Shown in pieces: positions 1-8,656 of a stretch of DNA of 50,167 nt. Under the pieces are notes generated by a model, which was given only the letters and a program-made list of their open reading frames with translations, was not told the DNA's origin and searched no databases. The stretch is from a virus. Its lineage: Duplodnaviria > Caudoviricetes. A program made the position numbers and the translations under genes. The stretch covers positions 1 through 50,167 of IMG/VR virus record IMGVR_UViG_3300028581_000003, one strand, 5' to 3'. Each line of letters starts with the position of its first letter. Positions within the stretch are counted from its first letter, which is position 1.

Positions 1-127
1 ATATAATTCGAATCAATGTAAGAAGCTGTTCCTGGAACAGTTGTATGTGAAAAGACACTTCCTAAAGAATTATACATTGTCATTGTAATGTTTTTTATCA
101 TAAAGTTATCTGTGATATTGGCAGTAA
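1..127. repeat. Terminal direct repeat copy 1 (circular assembly overlap)
   Basis: Bases 1-127 (atataattcg...gcagtaa) are identical to 50041-50167; 127 is a common assembler k-mer size, implying a 50,040-bp circle. Confidence 0.97.
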
Positions 128-3100
128 GATTTTGACTTCTGTTATTTGAATAAGAATTATTTGCTGGCAATAAGAGAGTTACATTTGGAGAACTTGTGTC
201 TAAATTAATTGTTCTATTCTCTGAAAAAGCAAAATTATTGTTGGTGTTATATGCTTTTGAGAAATAGATATAAGTTCCTTGTGGCAACCCTGTGAAATTT
301 ATGCTTTCTATTTTTGCCACATAAGAAGTTGTGTTTTTCAATCCTGTCGAATTGTAAAGATAATAGGTAACATTTTTGAAATTATCGTCTACTATGGTTG
401 TGTTAAAGAATATCCAAGTCTGCGATTTGTTTGCTGTGTTTTCTTCTGTGGGTGAAACTATATTTATTTCTGGAACAGAAGTTGCTATTGTTAAAGTTGT
501 ATTTTGAGAAACTCCTTCATTTCCATTTATGTCAAAAACAGACCAAAACCATGTGTAAATACCATCTGCTAAGTTTACTAAAATAGATACAACTGTTTGT
601 GTTAAGTCAGCAAAAGAGTCAAAAAATGTTGTGTTTATAATTCCCCCTGTGGAATTATAAATATTCAAAGTAGCATTTGTTATATTGAATTGACTTGTTA
701 TGTTTGCTGAATAATTTTGAGTTTGATTGTTGTATGTTTGATTATCAGGAGTCAAAGTAACTACAACTGGTCTATAAACATCTGAATTTAGTGTAAGTGT
801 GTAATTTATTTCTCCTTCTTCTGAAGAATAAAAAGAAATCGGTATTGAGCAATTATTTCCAATTATTTCACAACCCGAGCAATTGCAATTTCCAAGAGCC
901 AAAGCATCTCTTAATTCTTGAGTAATATTTTCCATTGGAACTTGATAAGTTAAATTAATTGAAGAAAGATTTATCTTTCCTGCTGTGTCTGAATAAATCA
1001 CAATTGGAATTTGACAATTTCCGTTTTCGTCTGCTGTGCAACTTCCTTCTGAAGTAAACCATGTGATGTTTTCTTCGTAAAGTTTTAATCCCGATCCTCC
1101 ACCCGATCCTTCAACATAATCCTGTTCAATCTCATCGATAAGAATCCATTCGTTTTTATATTTGCAACGAGTTTTGATATATGAGTCTCCTTCAAAAGGC
1201 TCTTGATTTGCCACATCAAAATTTAATACCAAATAATTGCTATCATTGAAACAAATATCTTGAATGGCAATACTTTTGTAAACGTCTGTTCCATTGTTAT
1301 AGTGTATGTTAAAATTTGCTCCTGCGAAAGATAAATTGGCAGGTTTTGAGTATGTGATATTAAAAACTGTATTTTCTGAAGGATATGTATAAATTGGATA
1401 TATAAAAGTTGAGTGATTTCCATCTGTAAAATTTCCTATAGAAGAATAACTTCCAAAATATCTATTGTCACAGTCTGTGTCTCCTTCTTTGTTTACATCT
1501 GTTTGCTCTTGATAACAATAAGTTTTTCCATCTCTTAAGTAGTTATTTAATGAAGACTCAATATTTGGAGTTCTAACATTTGTTAAATTTGCTGTCATAT
1601 TGTAAGCAATCCCTTCTCCTACATTTCCTGTTCTAATCTTGATGTTTGATGCATTTGAATATCCTTTCATTGCCCAAGTTATAGCTTCTTCCGAGAAGAT
1701 AAATTTGCTAGTTTCGTCATCCCAATAAACATCATCATAATTAAATGAAATCCAATCTCCTGAATTATTTTTACAAAAAATTTCTATCACATCATTTGGC
1801 ATTTCGTCAATCATAACTGTGGAATTTTTATAGTTTAACTCTAATTTGTTATTGCTTTTTAACAAACATGAATAGGGAATCATTACAATGCTATTGCTAG
1901 AACACTGATCGCTATATCTGTAAGAGTTTTCAAAAGCATAGTTAGAATAAAATTTTTCTCCTACAAAATATTCAGGAGCTTCACTTTCTCCGATAGGGCA
2001 CATATATCCATTTGGAAAAAATACAAGAGTGGATAGAGATGAATTAAAATTTATGTCATAATACGAATGTGTATAATTAAAACTTAATGTGCTAATATTT
2101 GACGGAATTGTGTAATTGATAAAAAAATTGATATTCGAATAAGAATCTTCTTCTATGGTTTCATAATTTCCCCAAACACCATCATTCCAATATCCAGAAG
2201 AAGAATAACTTCCTCCTGTGAAATTAAATGTGCAACCTGCTGTATCATTAACATGAGTTGCATTTGCTTGTTGCTGAACACAGTATTTACTTACAACCTC
2301 TATCTGCTCGGCTGTTAAATTGAAAGACGCTTCTGTTATACTTGCACCTTTTGGAACATTAAAGTAAAAAAATCCAATTCGGTAAACATCCATCCATCTT
2401 GGCAAAGATATTTGGTCATTTTCGATTGAATTATTTGTTTTGTTTAAATAAGCAGAGTTTCCTATTAGTAAAGCATCTTTATACCAGAAGGATTTTATAA
2501 AATCTGAAATTTGTAAATAAATTGAGTAACCTGAACCTGAAATGTTGATTAGAGATTCAAAAACATTCGTAAATTTGTTTAAAGAAAGAAAATCAAGTCT
2601 TGCATTGCAAGTTCCATTTAATTGATATTCAAAAAAAGTTTGATTTGTATAAGTTCCACAGACATTTGCATCATATTGAGTCCAGTTTCTCGACTGATTC
2701 ATTTGATTGGAAGAGCAAGAAATATTTATCCAAGAAGATTTAGACGTGTTGATTAAATTTTGAGAACATACATCAACATTAACTCCATAAGTTCTTATGT
2801 AATTTGGATAACCATCTTCAACATGAACGATAGTGGAAGAGTTTACTGAAGCAATTGTATTTAAATATCCTGAATTTGAAAAATCATCATCTGTAAGAAC
2901 CTGATTAAAAGAAGTCCCGTTCCAATCAAATAAACGCAAATCAGAAGAATCCGATGCAGAGTAAAAAAGACGAGTTTGGTTTAACATAGAAATCTGCCCA
3001 TCAGCAAGAGATTTATTATAAAAATGATTCCACGAAGAACCATTCCAATCATAAATCTGTAAATAATCATCAAAAGACAAAACAATTCTAGAAGAATTTA

Positions 3101-3683
3101 TTTTTGAAAAAGAATGAGATGAATAAGAAACAAAGTTTTCAGAAAGAGTGATATTGGAAATTTTAGAAAATGAAGAACCATTCCAATCAAAAGTAATAAG
3201 ATTATTATCTGATGGATTAATATATAAAACTCGAGAAGAATTAATGGTTAAAAGAGAATCGAGATACCCTGAAAGAGAAGTGGAAAGATTAAATCCGCTC
3301 CCTATGAAATCAAGAGAACTTCCTGTAAAATTAAGAACTCTGAGCTGACGATAACCGCCAATAGAAGAAACAACAAAAAGTTTTGAAGAATCAATGGCAG
3401 AAATAGTGTCATATTTAGTAATAGGAGAAAATCTTTGTTCATAAAAAAAAATCCAGGAAGAGCCATTCCAATCATAAAGTTCTATATCAACTTTATTAAG
3501 ATCAGTGCAAGCACTAGAAATGGCAATTCTAGAAGAATTCATTAATGCCAAAGATAATGTGCACCCTGTATTTTTAACAGAAGAACTTTGTCCAATTTCA
3601 GTAATTGCAGAACTCACGAATCCAATTAAAAAAATGCAAACTAAAAGTAAAAGGATTGTCCTAGCGGTCCTTTCTTTTCTCAT
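1..3683 (-). CDS. N-terminal part of a giant (~2,604 aa) secreted surface glycoprotein; continues across the circular junction into 45909..50040
   Basis: ATG at 3683 overlaps the upstream TGA (ATGA); reads MRKERTARTILLLLVCIFLIGFVSSA (signal peptide); absent from the track, consistent with running off the edge without a stop; in frame with the 45909..50141 ORF (3683 and 101 are both 2 mod 3); ~45-aa repeats with [FY]DWNG[ST]S at ~2910-3480. Confidence 0.9.
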   Translation of the reverse strand, partial: MRKERTARTILLLLVCIFLIGFVSSAITEIGQSSSVKNTGCTLSLALMNSSRIAISSACTDLNKVDIELYDWNGSSWIFFYEQRFSPITKYDTISAIDSSKLFVVSSIGGYRQLRVLNFTGSSLDFIGSGFNLSTSLSGYLDSLLTINSSRVLYINPSDNNLITFDWNGSSFSKISNITLSENFVSYSSHSFSKINSSRIVLSFDDYLQIYDWNGSSWNHFYNKSLADGQISMLNQTRLFYSASDSSDLRLFDWNGTSFNQVLTDDDFSNSGYLNTIASVNSSTIVHVEDGYPNYIRTYGVNVDVCSQNLINTSKSSWINISCSSNQMNQSRNWTQYDANVCGTYTNQTFFEYQLNGTCNARLDFLSLNKFTNVFESLINISGSGYSIYLQISDFIKSFWYKDALLIGNSAYLNKTNNSIENDQISLPRWMDVYRIGFFYFNVPKGASITEASFNLTAEQIEVVSKYCVQQQANATHVNDTAGCTFNFTGGSYSSSGYWNDGVWGNYETIEEDSYSNINFFINYTIPSNISTLSFNYTHSYYDINFNSSLSTLVFFPNGYMCPIGESEAPEYFVGEKFYSNYAFENSYRYSDQCSSNSIVMIPYSCLLKSNNKLELNYKNSTVMIDEMPNDVIEIFCKNNSGDWISFNYDDVYWDDETSKFIFSEEAITWAMKGYSNASNIKIRTGNVGEGIAYNMTANLTNVRTPNIESSLNNYLRDGKTYCYQEQTDVNKEGDTDCDNRYFGSYSSIGNFTDGNHSTFIYPIYTYPSENTVFNITYSKPANLSFAGANFNIHYNNGTDVYKSIAIQDICFNDSNYLVLNFDVANQEPFEGDSYIKTRCKYKNEWILIDEIEQDYVEGSGGGSGLKLYEENITWFTSEGSCTADENGNCQIPIVIYSDTAGKINLSSINLTYQVPMENITQELRDALALGNCNCSGCEIIGNNCSIPISFYSSEEGEINYTLTLNSDVYRPVVVTLTPDNQTYNNQTQNYSANITSQFNITNATLNIYNSTGGIINTTFFDSFADLTQTVVSILVNLADGIYTWFWSVFDINGNEGVSQNTTLTIATSVPEINIVSPTEENTANKSQTWIFFNTTIVDDNFKNVTYYLYNSTGLKNTTSYVAKIESINFTGLPQGTYIYFSKAYNTNNNFAFSENRTINLDTSSPNVTLLLPANNSYSNNRSQNLTANITDNFMIKNITMTMYNSLGSVFSHTTVPGTASYIDSNY

Positions 3684-4093
3684 TTTCGCAATTGGAAAAA
3701 TAGATATTCATTTTCCTTGTTTAATTCTTTATTTTTCATAATCAAATTATAAAAGCAAATAAAACTTATTACAAAAATACTTAATATAATTATTGAAATC
3801 GAGTATGCTTTTGTTTCTGTATACTCGCCGATTTTTTCCACTTCGTCTTTAAGCTCTAGATTATTCTTTGGAAAGTTAAAACTATAATAGCCCATATATC
3901 CACTAGGCGACCAAATACTTCCTTCTGTATCTCCGACAAAAAAACAAAGATCTTCTTTAGTAAAATTCTCACTTAAATGTTTATAATCATTTACATGAGA
4001 ATATTCGTGCCAGATTGTAGAGACTTGCAAAGCACCGATAAATGCAAAAATAAAGAATACAAATAGAAACAATGAACTAAATAGTTTTTTCAT
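3680..4093 (-). CDS. Two-TM membrane protein with HExxH motif (possible metalloprotease-like)
   Basis: Hydrophobic N- and C-terminal segments; WHEYSH right after TM1; translationally coupled on both sides. Confidence 0.6.
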   Translation of the reverse strand: MKKLFSSLFLFVFFIFAFIGALQVSTIWHEYSHVNDYKHLSENFTKEDLCFFVGDTEGSIWSPSGYMGYYSFNFPKNNLELKDEVEKIGEYTETKAYSISIIILSIFVISFICFYNLIMKNKELNKENEYLFFQLRK

Positions 4094-4956
4094 ATAATCA
4101 TACCTTCCTCTTTTTTATTTCTTTTTTTCAAATAAGTTAATCCTAAAAGAACTGCACAGACAACTATAAAAACAACTGTATATAATATTAGTTGGTCGTC
4201 GCTCAAAAGTCCTGCCTTTATCATTTTTGCAAATTCAACATAAGTATTGTTTACACCATGAGCAATAAATGCAGGTATAAAGCTTGCAAATGCCCAAGTG
4301 ATCGCTCCAAGAAAAAACCAAAATTGCAAAACAGTGTTTAATGCCGTTTCCATATTTGAATATCTAAGTTGATGATTTATGAATCCGTATCCTGTAAAAA
4401 CAAGAAGAGTCAAAAGCAGAGACAAGAACATAAAATTTCCTTTGCTCCAATTATTCTTTTTTGCAACTCGTCTTAGCCAAACAATTCCAAATGCACAAAG
4501 TGCAAAAGCTCCCGCATTCTCTGAAGTAACAACCATAAGCCAATTAAATAATATGTTGTCTGTCTGTGTAAACTGTTGCTCTAAGTCACCTATTCCTAAA
4601 TAAGTTTGATCTGCAAAGGTTGCAAACAAGGCAAGAGGACAAAAAAGAATAAAACAAACAAGTATCAAACGCCATGTGTTTTTAAAATAATCAAGAGAAG
4701 GAGAAGGCATTTCTCCAGGAGAATTAAATAAGACTGATGTTCCATAAGATGTTGGCTCAAGGTTTTCAAAGATGTAAAAGAATAAAATTATGAGAAGACT
4801 TCCTACTCCATAAAATCCATAAAAGATAAATTGAGTTCTGATAATTTCAACATTATATCCTTCTCTGCCATAAAGAATGAAGGCACTAAACACCACCATC
4901 AACAGCATAAAAAATGCGATATACCAAATCGTAAACTTTATATTGGCTTTTTCCAT
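4090..4956 (-). CDS. CPBP (Abi/CAAX type II)-like intramembrane protease
   Basis: Multi-TM; motifs SENAG (divergent EExxxR), GFINH (FxxxH-like) and AHGVNN (HxxxN) in canonical order. Confidence 0.6.
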   Translation of the reverse strand: MEKANIKFTIWYIAFFMLLMVVFSAFILYGREGYNVEIIRTQFIFYGFYGVGSLLIILFFYIFENLEPTSYGTSVLFNSPGEMPSPSLDYFKNTWRLILVCFILFCPLALFATFADQTYLGIGDLEQQFTQTDNILFNWLMVVTSENAGAFALCAFGIVWLRRVAKKNNWSKGNFMFLSLLLTLLVFTGYGFINHQLRYSNMETALNTVLQFWFFLGAITWAFASFIPAFIAHGVNNTYVEFAKMIKAGLLSDDQLILYTVVFIVVCAVLLGLTYLKKRNKKEEGMII

Positions 4957-4986
4957 GATTATTATTAATAATTTAACTTTATAAAA

Positions 4987-5733
4987 TTATTTATTAATTA
5001 AAATTTCGATGTCCTCCTGAAATACATCGATATTTGTGTTGTTTATTTCTTTAGAATGAGAAACTCTTGTTAAATCTTCCTCAAGAAAATCTTGGTCGAT
5101 AAGATATATTTTTATAAAATCCTCAGAGGTAAGTTCTTTTAGTTTCAATATTTGAAATCCAAACTCTTGAGTTTCATTGAATTCTTCTAATTTGTGACAT
5201 CTGTCAACAAAATATCTTTCAGGATTTTCATAAGTTGCTGTTAAATTTATAACCTTCAAAGTAATTATGCTATTGCTCCATCTAAAACACATCAGAGGAT
5301 TTTTAAAAATTCCATTTTTTGTTAAGTTAAAGTAAAAGAAATCGTCCGTTATCTTGTTTTCTGTTGAAAAATTCAAAGTTCCGTATTTTTCTAAGTATAT
5401 TTCTTTTCGTATATTCTCAAGTTCAGAAGTTCTAAAAATTTCTATAGATGGATAATATCCTTCTTCTTCTGTAAATATTTGAATTGTAGAGTTTATTGGC
5501 AAAGATTCCAACACATATCCATTTTTAACAGTTTTGTCTTTTGAGTTTTCAAAGCCATTAACATAAATGACATAATTGGCTTCTATTTGTTTTTTATCAG
5601 CAAAAACCGACAGAGTTAGGTTGGCATGCTCAAAAGATTTTTCAATCAAAGGTTTTTCAAAATAAAAATAAGAAAAAACAAAACCAATAGCCAGAACTGT
5701 AATTAGAGAGAAAAACAATAAATATTTATTCAT
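4987..5733 (-). CDS. Membrane-anchored hypothetical protein
   Basis: N-terminal TM helix, N-x-S/T sequons. Confidence 0.75.
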   Translation of the reverse strand: MNKYLLFFSLITVLAIGFVFSYFYFEKPLIEKSFEHANLTLSVFADKKQIEANYVIYVNGFENSKDKTVKNGYVLESLPINSTIQIFTEEEGYYPSIEIFRTSELENIRKEIYLEKYGTLNFSTENKITDDFFYFNLTKNGIFKNPLMCFRWSNSIITLKVINLTATYENPERYFVDRCHKLEEFNETQEFGFQILKLKELTSEDFIKIYLIDQDFLEEDLTRVSHSKEINNTNIDVFQEDIEILINK

Positions 5734-6366
5734 TTAGTTTCCTCCTGGATTTGAAGGAGAAACTCTTTCGAAAGTTCCTGTTTTTTTCTCCTTTAAAGCT
5801 TCTGTAATTTGTTTGATTATGCCTTCATACAAATCTATTATTGTTTCAGAGACTTCACCATCAGGCATCTCTTGTAAAAGTTGAGTTTTTCTCGTAGAGC
5901 CTTCTCTAATAATTTTTTCAACAAGAGCTTGATAATTTCTTTCTTCCGTCAGTTGAGCAAGCATTTTTCCAAACGGATTCTTTAATAACTCTGCAGGAAT
6001 GTCTTCAGGGTCAGGTGGCAAGATTATTTTTATATTGCAATCTTTACTCCACTCTCCTTTTGGAATTATGTAAGCTTTATTTTTTTCATAAATAATTTTT
6101 TCATCTTCAAGCGTTTCTCCTTCTTTTAAATTTCTAACATCTTTTGGAATTCCTCTGCTAATGATTCTATTTGTTCCTGGACAATTGATTGTCTCTTTCT
6201 CTTGAATAATGGCTCTTCCTGTTCCTCCTAAATAACTCGAAACATTCAAAACAATAACATCGTCTGTTTCCTTGTCTTTTTCCTTGAAGTAAACATTTAA
6301 CCACATTATAATCATTGCTGAAGCCACTAAAAAAGCTATTCCAACAAGTATCCAAGCGAAAATCAT
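5734..6366 (-). CDS. Single-TM hypothetical protein
   Basis: N-terminal TM, charged soluble domain, ATGA overlap. Confidence 0.8.
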   Translation of the reverse strand: MIFAWILVGIAFLVASAMIIMWLNVYFKEKDKETDDVIVLNVSSYLGGTGRAIIQEKETINCPGTNRIISRGIPKDVRNLKEGETLEDEKIIYEKNKAYIIPKGEWSKDCNIKIILPPDPEDIPAELLKNPFGKMLAQLTEERNYQALVEKIIREGSTRKTQLLQEMPDGEVSETIIDLYEGIIKQITEALKEKKTGTFERVSPSNPGGN

Positions 6367-7028
6367 TGCAAGTCCTCCTTTGGCTTTTCTGCTTCTTTCG
6401 AATCTTTCTGATGAGTGGTTTCCACAATTGTTTGCTTTCTTCCTGACAGAACATCTTCATTCTCAATAACTCTTTTATTTGGAGCTTCTTTTGGAGATAA
6501 GGATAACTTGTTCTTTGCAGCAGAAATTTCAGCTTTTGTTTTGTTTACCAGAACAGCATATCTTTCGGGATAATGTGAATTAATTAAAATGGCATATTCA
6601 TCCTTAACTCCTTTTCCATTCTTGAAAGCTCCTTTGCCAATGTATGTATAAATAAGATTTTCACTTCCTGGTTCACCAATGCTTTCACTTGATTGAAATT
6701 CCGGTCTATTTAAGTAATCTGCATAAGTAATTCCTCGAACAAGTGATTTTGCAAGAGCTTCTCCTTTCTCAGTAGATATTGGAGCAGGAAGTTTTTGTGA
6801 ATTACTTTGGCTCTCATCATGAATCTTTTTTGGAATTCTTATGTTAATCCACCAGAATCCTCCAATAACAGCAACAAAAAATAAAGTAACCACTCCAAGC
6901 CAAATTACTAAAGCTTTCAATCCGAAAACTTCTGAATTTGCTTTTATCATGAACAAAATAAAAATAAATAAGATGTAAAAAGAAATTCCCCAAAGCATCA
7001 ATCTCTTAAAACTATTTTGCTCTACCAT
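6363..7028 (-). CDS. Two-TM hypothetical protein
   Basis: Two N-terminal hydrophobic helices, operon context. Confidence 0.8.
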   Translation of the reverse strand: MVEQNSFKRLMLWGISFYILFIFILFMIKANSEVFGLKALVIWLGVVTLFFVAVIGGFWWINIRIPKKIHDESQSNSQKLPAPISTEKGEALAKSLVRGITYADYLNRPEFQSSESIGEPGSENLIYTYIGKGAFKNGKGVKDEYAILINSHYPERYAVLVNKTKAEISAAKNKLSLSPKEAPNKRVIENEDVLSGRKQTIVETTHQKDSKEAEKPKEDLQ

Positions 7029-8428
7029 TTTCCGGCTTTCTCCTTTTCTCTTTTCAAGAGATAATATTTTCTAAAGTAAAACGAAAATGTTGCAATTGCT
7101 GATAAAAGAAGAATTAAAAGAAAAGAAGTTATAAGAGTGCTTTCGGTTGCACTTTTATCTTTTGCATCTTCTTGATCTTGAACAATTTTTCCAACATCAG
7201 TTCGGATTTCATTTGTAGATGCAGTTTGATTTGCATCACTTTCTTTTACAGAGTTTAAAACAGTTCGCATTTCTTCTCTGAGTTTATACAGTTCCAAATT
7301 GTAGTCTCTCCACATTTCGTCAGTTATGCTAACATTTGAAACAAGCAAACTATCATTATCGTAATATCTATAAACAACCTGAGGTATACATAACTCGGGA
7401 TATTGAAAGCATAAAATATCTTTAATTGTCATATTTGAATAAAGAGAACTATTTCCGTCAATCACAGCATAAGGAATTTTAACATTAAACTTTAGAGCAA
7501 CAGAATCTATGTTTCCATTTAGATAAATATGTTTTTCATAAGTTTTATTTGTCTGAGATGTATTTGTTATTCCAAATGGTTGAATCGTATATACAATTGT
7601 TTTTGTATATCCGGGATCTAAATCAAAATAATTTGAATTAAAGGAAAACCATTCACCTGATAGTGATAAATTTCTTAAAATTTTTCCACCTGTGTTTGTT
7701 ATTGTAAAAGCTCCTTCGTCTTTTTTATTAAACTCGATATTATAATTAGAAACCAGAACTTGTGTTAAAATATTTGTTTTTTCATAGTTAGACTTTAACA
7801 TCACATTTAACTTTGCATTTTTCAGCGGGTCATTAACATATCCAAAAGATGGATTGACTGTGATTGGACATCTTTCAAATTGCAAAGCTCCAACCTTTCT
7901 TCTAAACCAAAAGTCAGTTCCTGCTTCATTATAATTTACGATATAAGATGTTTTTGCAGGAATAGAAATCTCTCCATAATTCAAAAGCAAGCTTATTTCA
8001 TAATCACCTGTGTTTGTAAAGTTTATCTTATCTCCTTCTATAATGCTCTTTTCGCAAACAGACTGACCATCCCAATCAATGTTAATGTTGTGAGTTTCAT
8101 TCTTTATTCCTACATCATTGTAAAATAATCCATAAACATCAAAAGTTAAATTTTTGTTGAAATCATCTTTTTTCACTGTGGCAGTGATGTTTATTGAATC
8201 TCCTGACATTAATTGTGAAATTTCTGAGAAAGTTATGTAATCATTTGACTGTAAACTTATGTTAAAAAAGCTTTGTGAAAAGTTATTTTTAAGTGTAAAA
8301 ACAAAATTTTGATTTTGTCCAACTGTTTTATTGATCACTTGACCATTGTTCAATATTTCCAAACCACCTGCAGCAGAAACAGAAGTCAAAAACATCAAGC
8401 ATAGAAAAACACAGAAAAAGCTTTTCAT
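7022..8428 (-). CDS. Secreted glycoprotein with coiled coil and C-terminal TM anchor (putative envelope protein)
   Basis: Signal peptide (VSA-A), many sequons, heptad-like region before the C-terminal TM and basic tail; GGTGA SD upstream. Confidence 0.8.
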   Translation of the reverse strand: MKSFFCVFLCLMFLTSVSAAGGLEILNNGQVINKTVGQNQNFVFTLKNNFSQSFFNISLQSNDYITFSEISQLMSGDSINITATVKKDDFNKNLTFDVYGLFYNDVGIKNETHNINIDWDGQSVCEKSIIEGDKINFTNTGDYEISLLLNYGEISIPAKTSYIVNYNEAGTDFWFRRKVGALQFERCPITVNPSFGYVNDPLKNAKLNVMLKSNYEKTNILTQVLVSNYNIEFNKKDEGAFTITNTGGKILRNLSLSGEWFSFNSNYFDLDPGYTKTIVYTIQPFGITNTSQTNKTYEKHIYLNGNIDSVALKFNVKIPYAVIDGNSSLYSNMTIKDILCFQYPELCIPQVVYRYYDNDSLLVSNVSITDEMWRDYNLELYKLREEMRTVLNSVKESDANQTASTNEIRTDVGKIVQDQEDAKDKSATESTLITSFLLILLLSAIATFSFYFRKYYLLKREKEKAGKW

Positions 8429-8604
8429 GTCATCACCTTCTTCATTTTATTTAAGTAAGTCATAATAAATTCTCTAATTTTTTCTGAAGCTCCTTTCATT
8501 TCTTTTTCAGCAACAACTCTGCCAAATTCTTCCCATATTGAATCCTCACATGATATTGAGTGAGATCTTCTCTTTCGCTCTTCAAAAATAAGTCGTCTTG
8601 GCAT
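8425..8604 (-). CDS. Ribbon-helix-helix DNA-binding protein (59 aa, not in ORF track)
   Basis: Hand translation MPRRLIFEERKRRSHSISCEDSIWEEFGRVVAEKEMKGASEKIREFIMTYLNKMKKVMT fits strand-helix-S-helix RHH pattern; heads the membrane-protein operon; ATGA overlap. Confidence 0.7.
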   Translation of the reverse strand: MPRRLIFEERKRRSHSISCEDSIWEEFGRVVAEKEMKGASEKIREFIMTYLNKMKKVMT

Positions 8605-8656
8605 TTTATTGTTATTATTTTATTAATAATATTAATTATTATCTTTTTAAACTTTT

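Noticed and set aside
1223-3741. Short ORFs 1223..1423, 3148..3348 and 3505..3741 and the apparent gene desert at 1-3680
   Set aside because: They are shadows of the giant minus-strand gene starting at 3683
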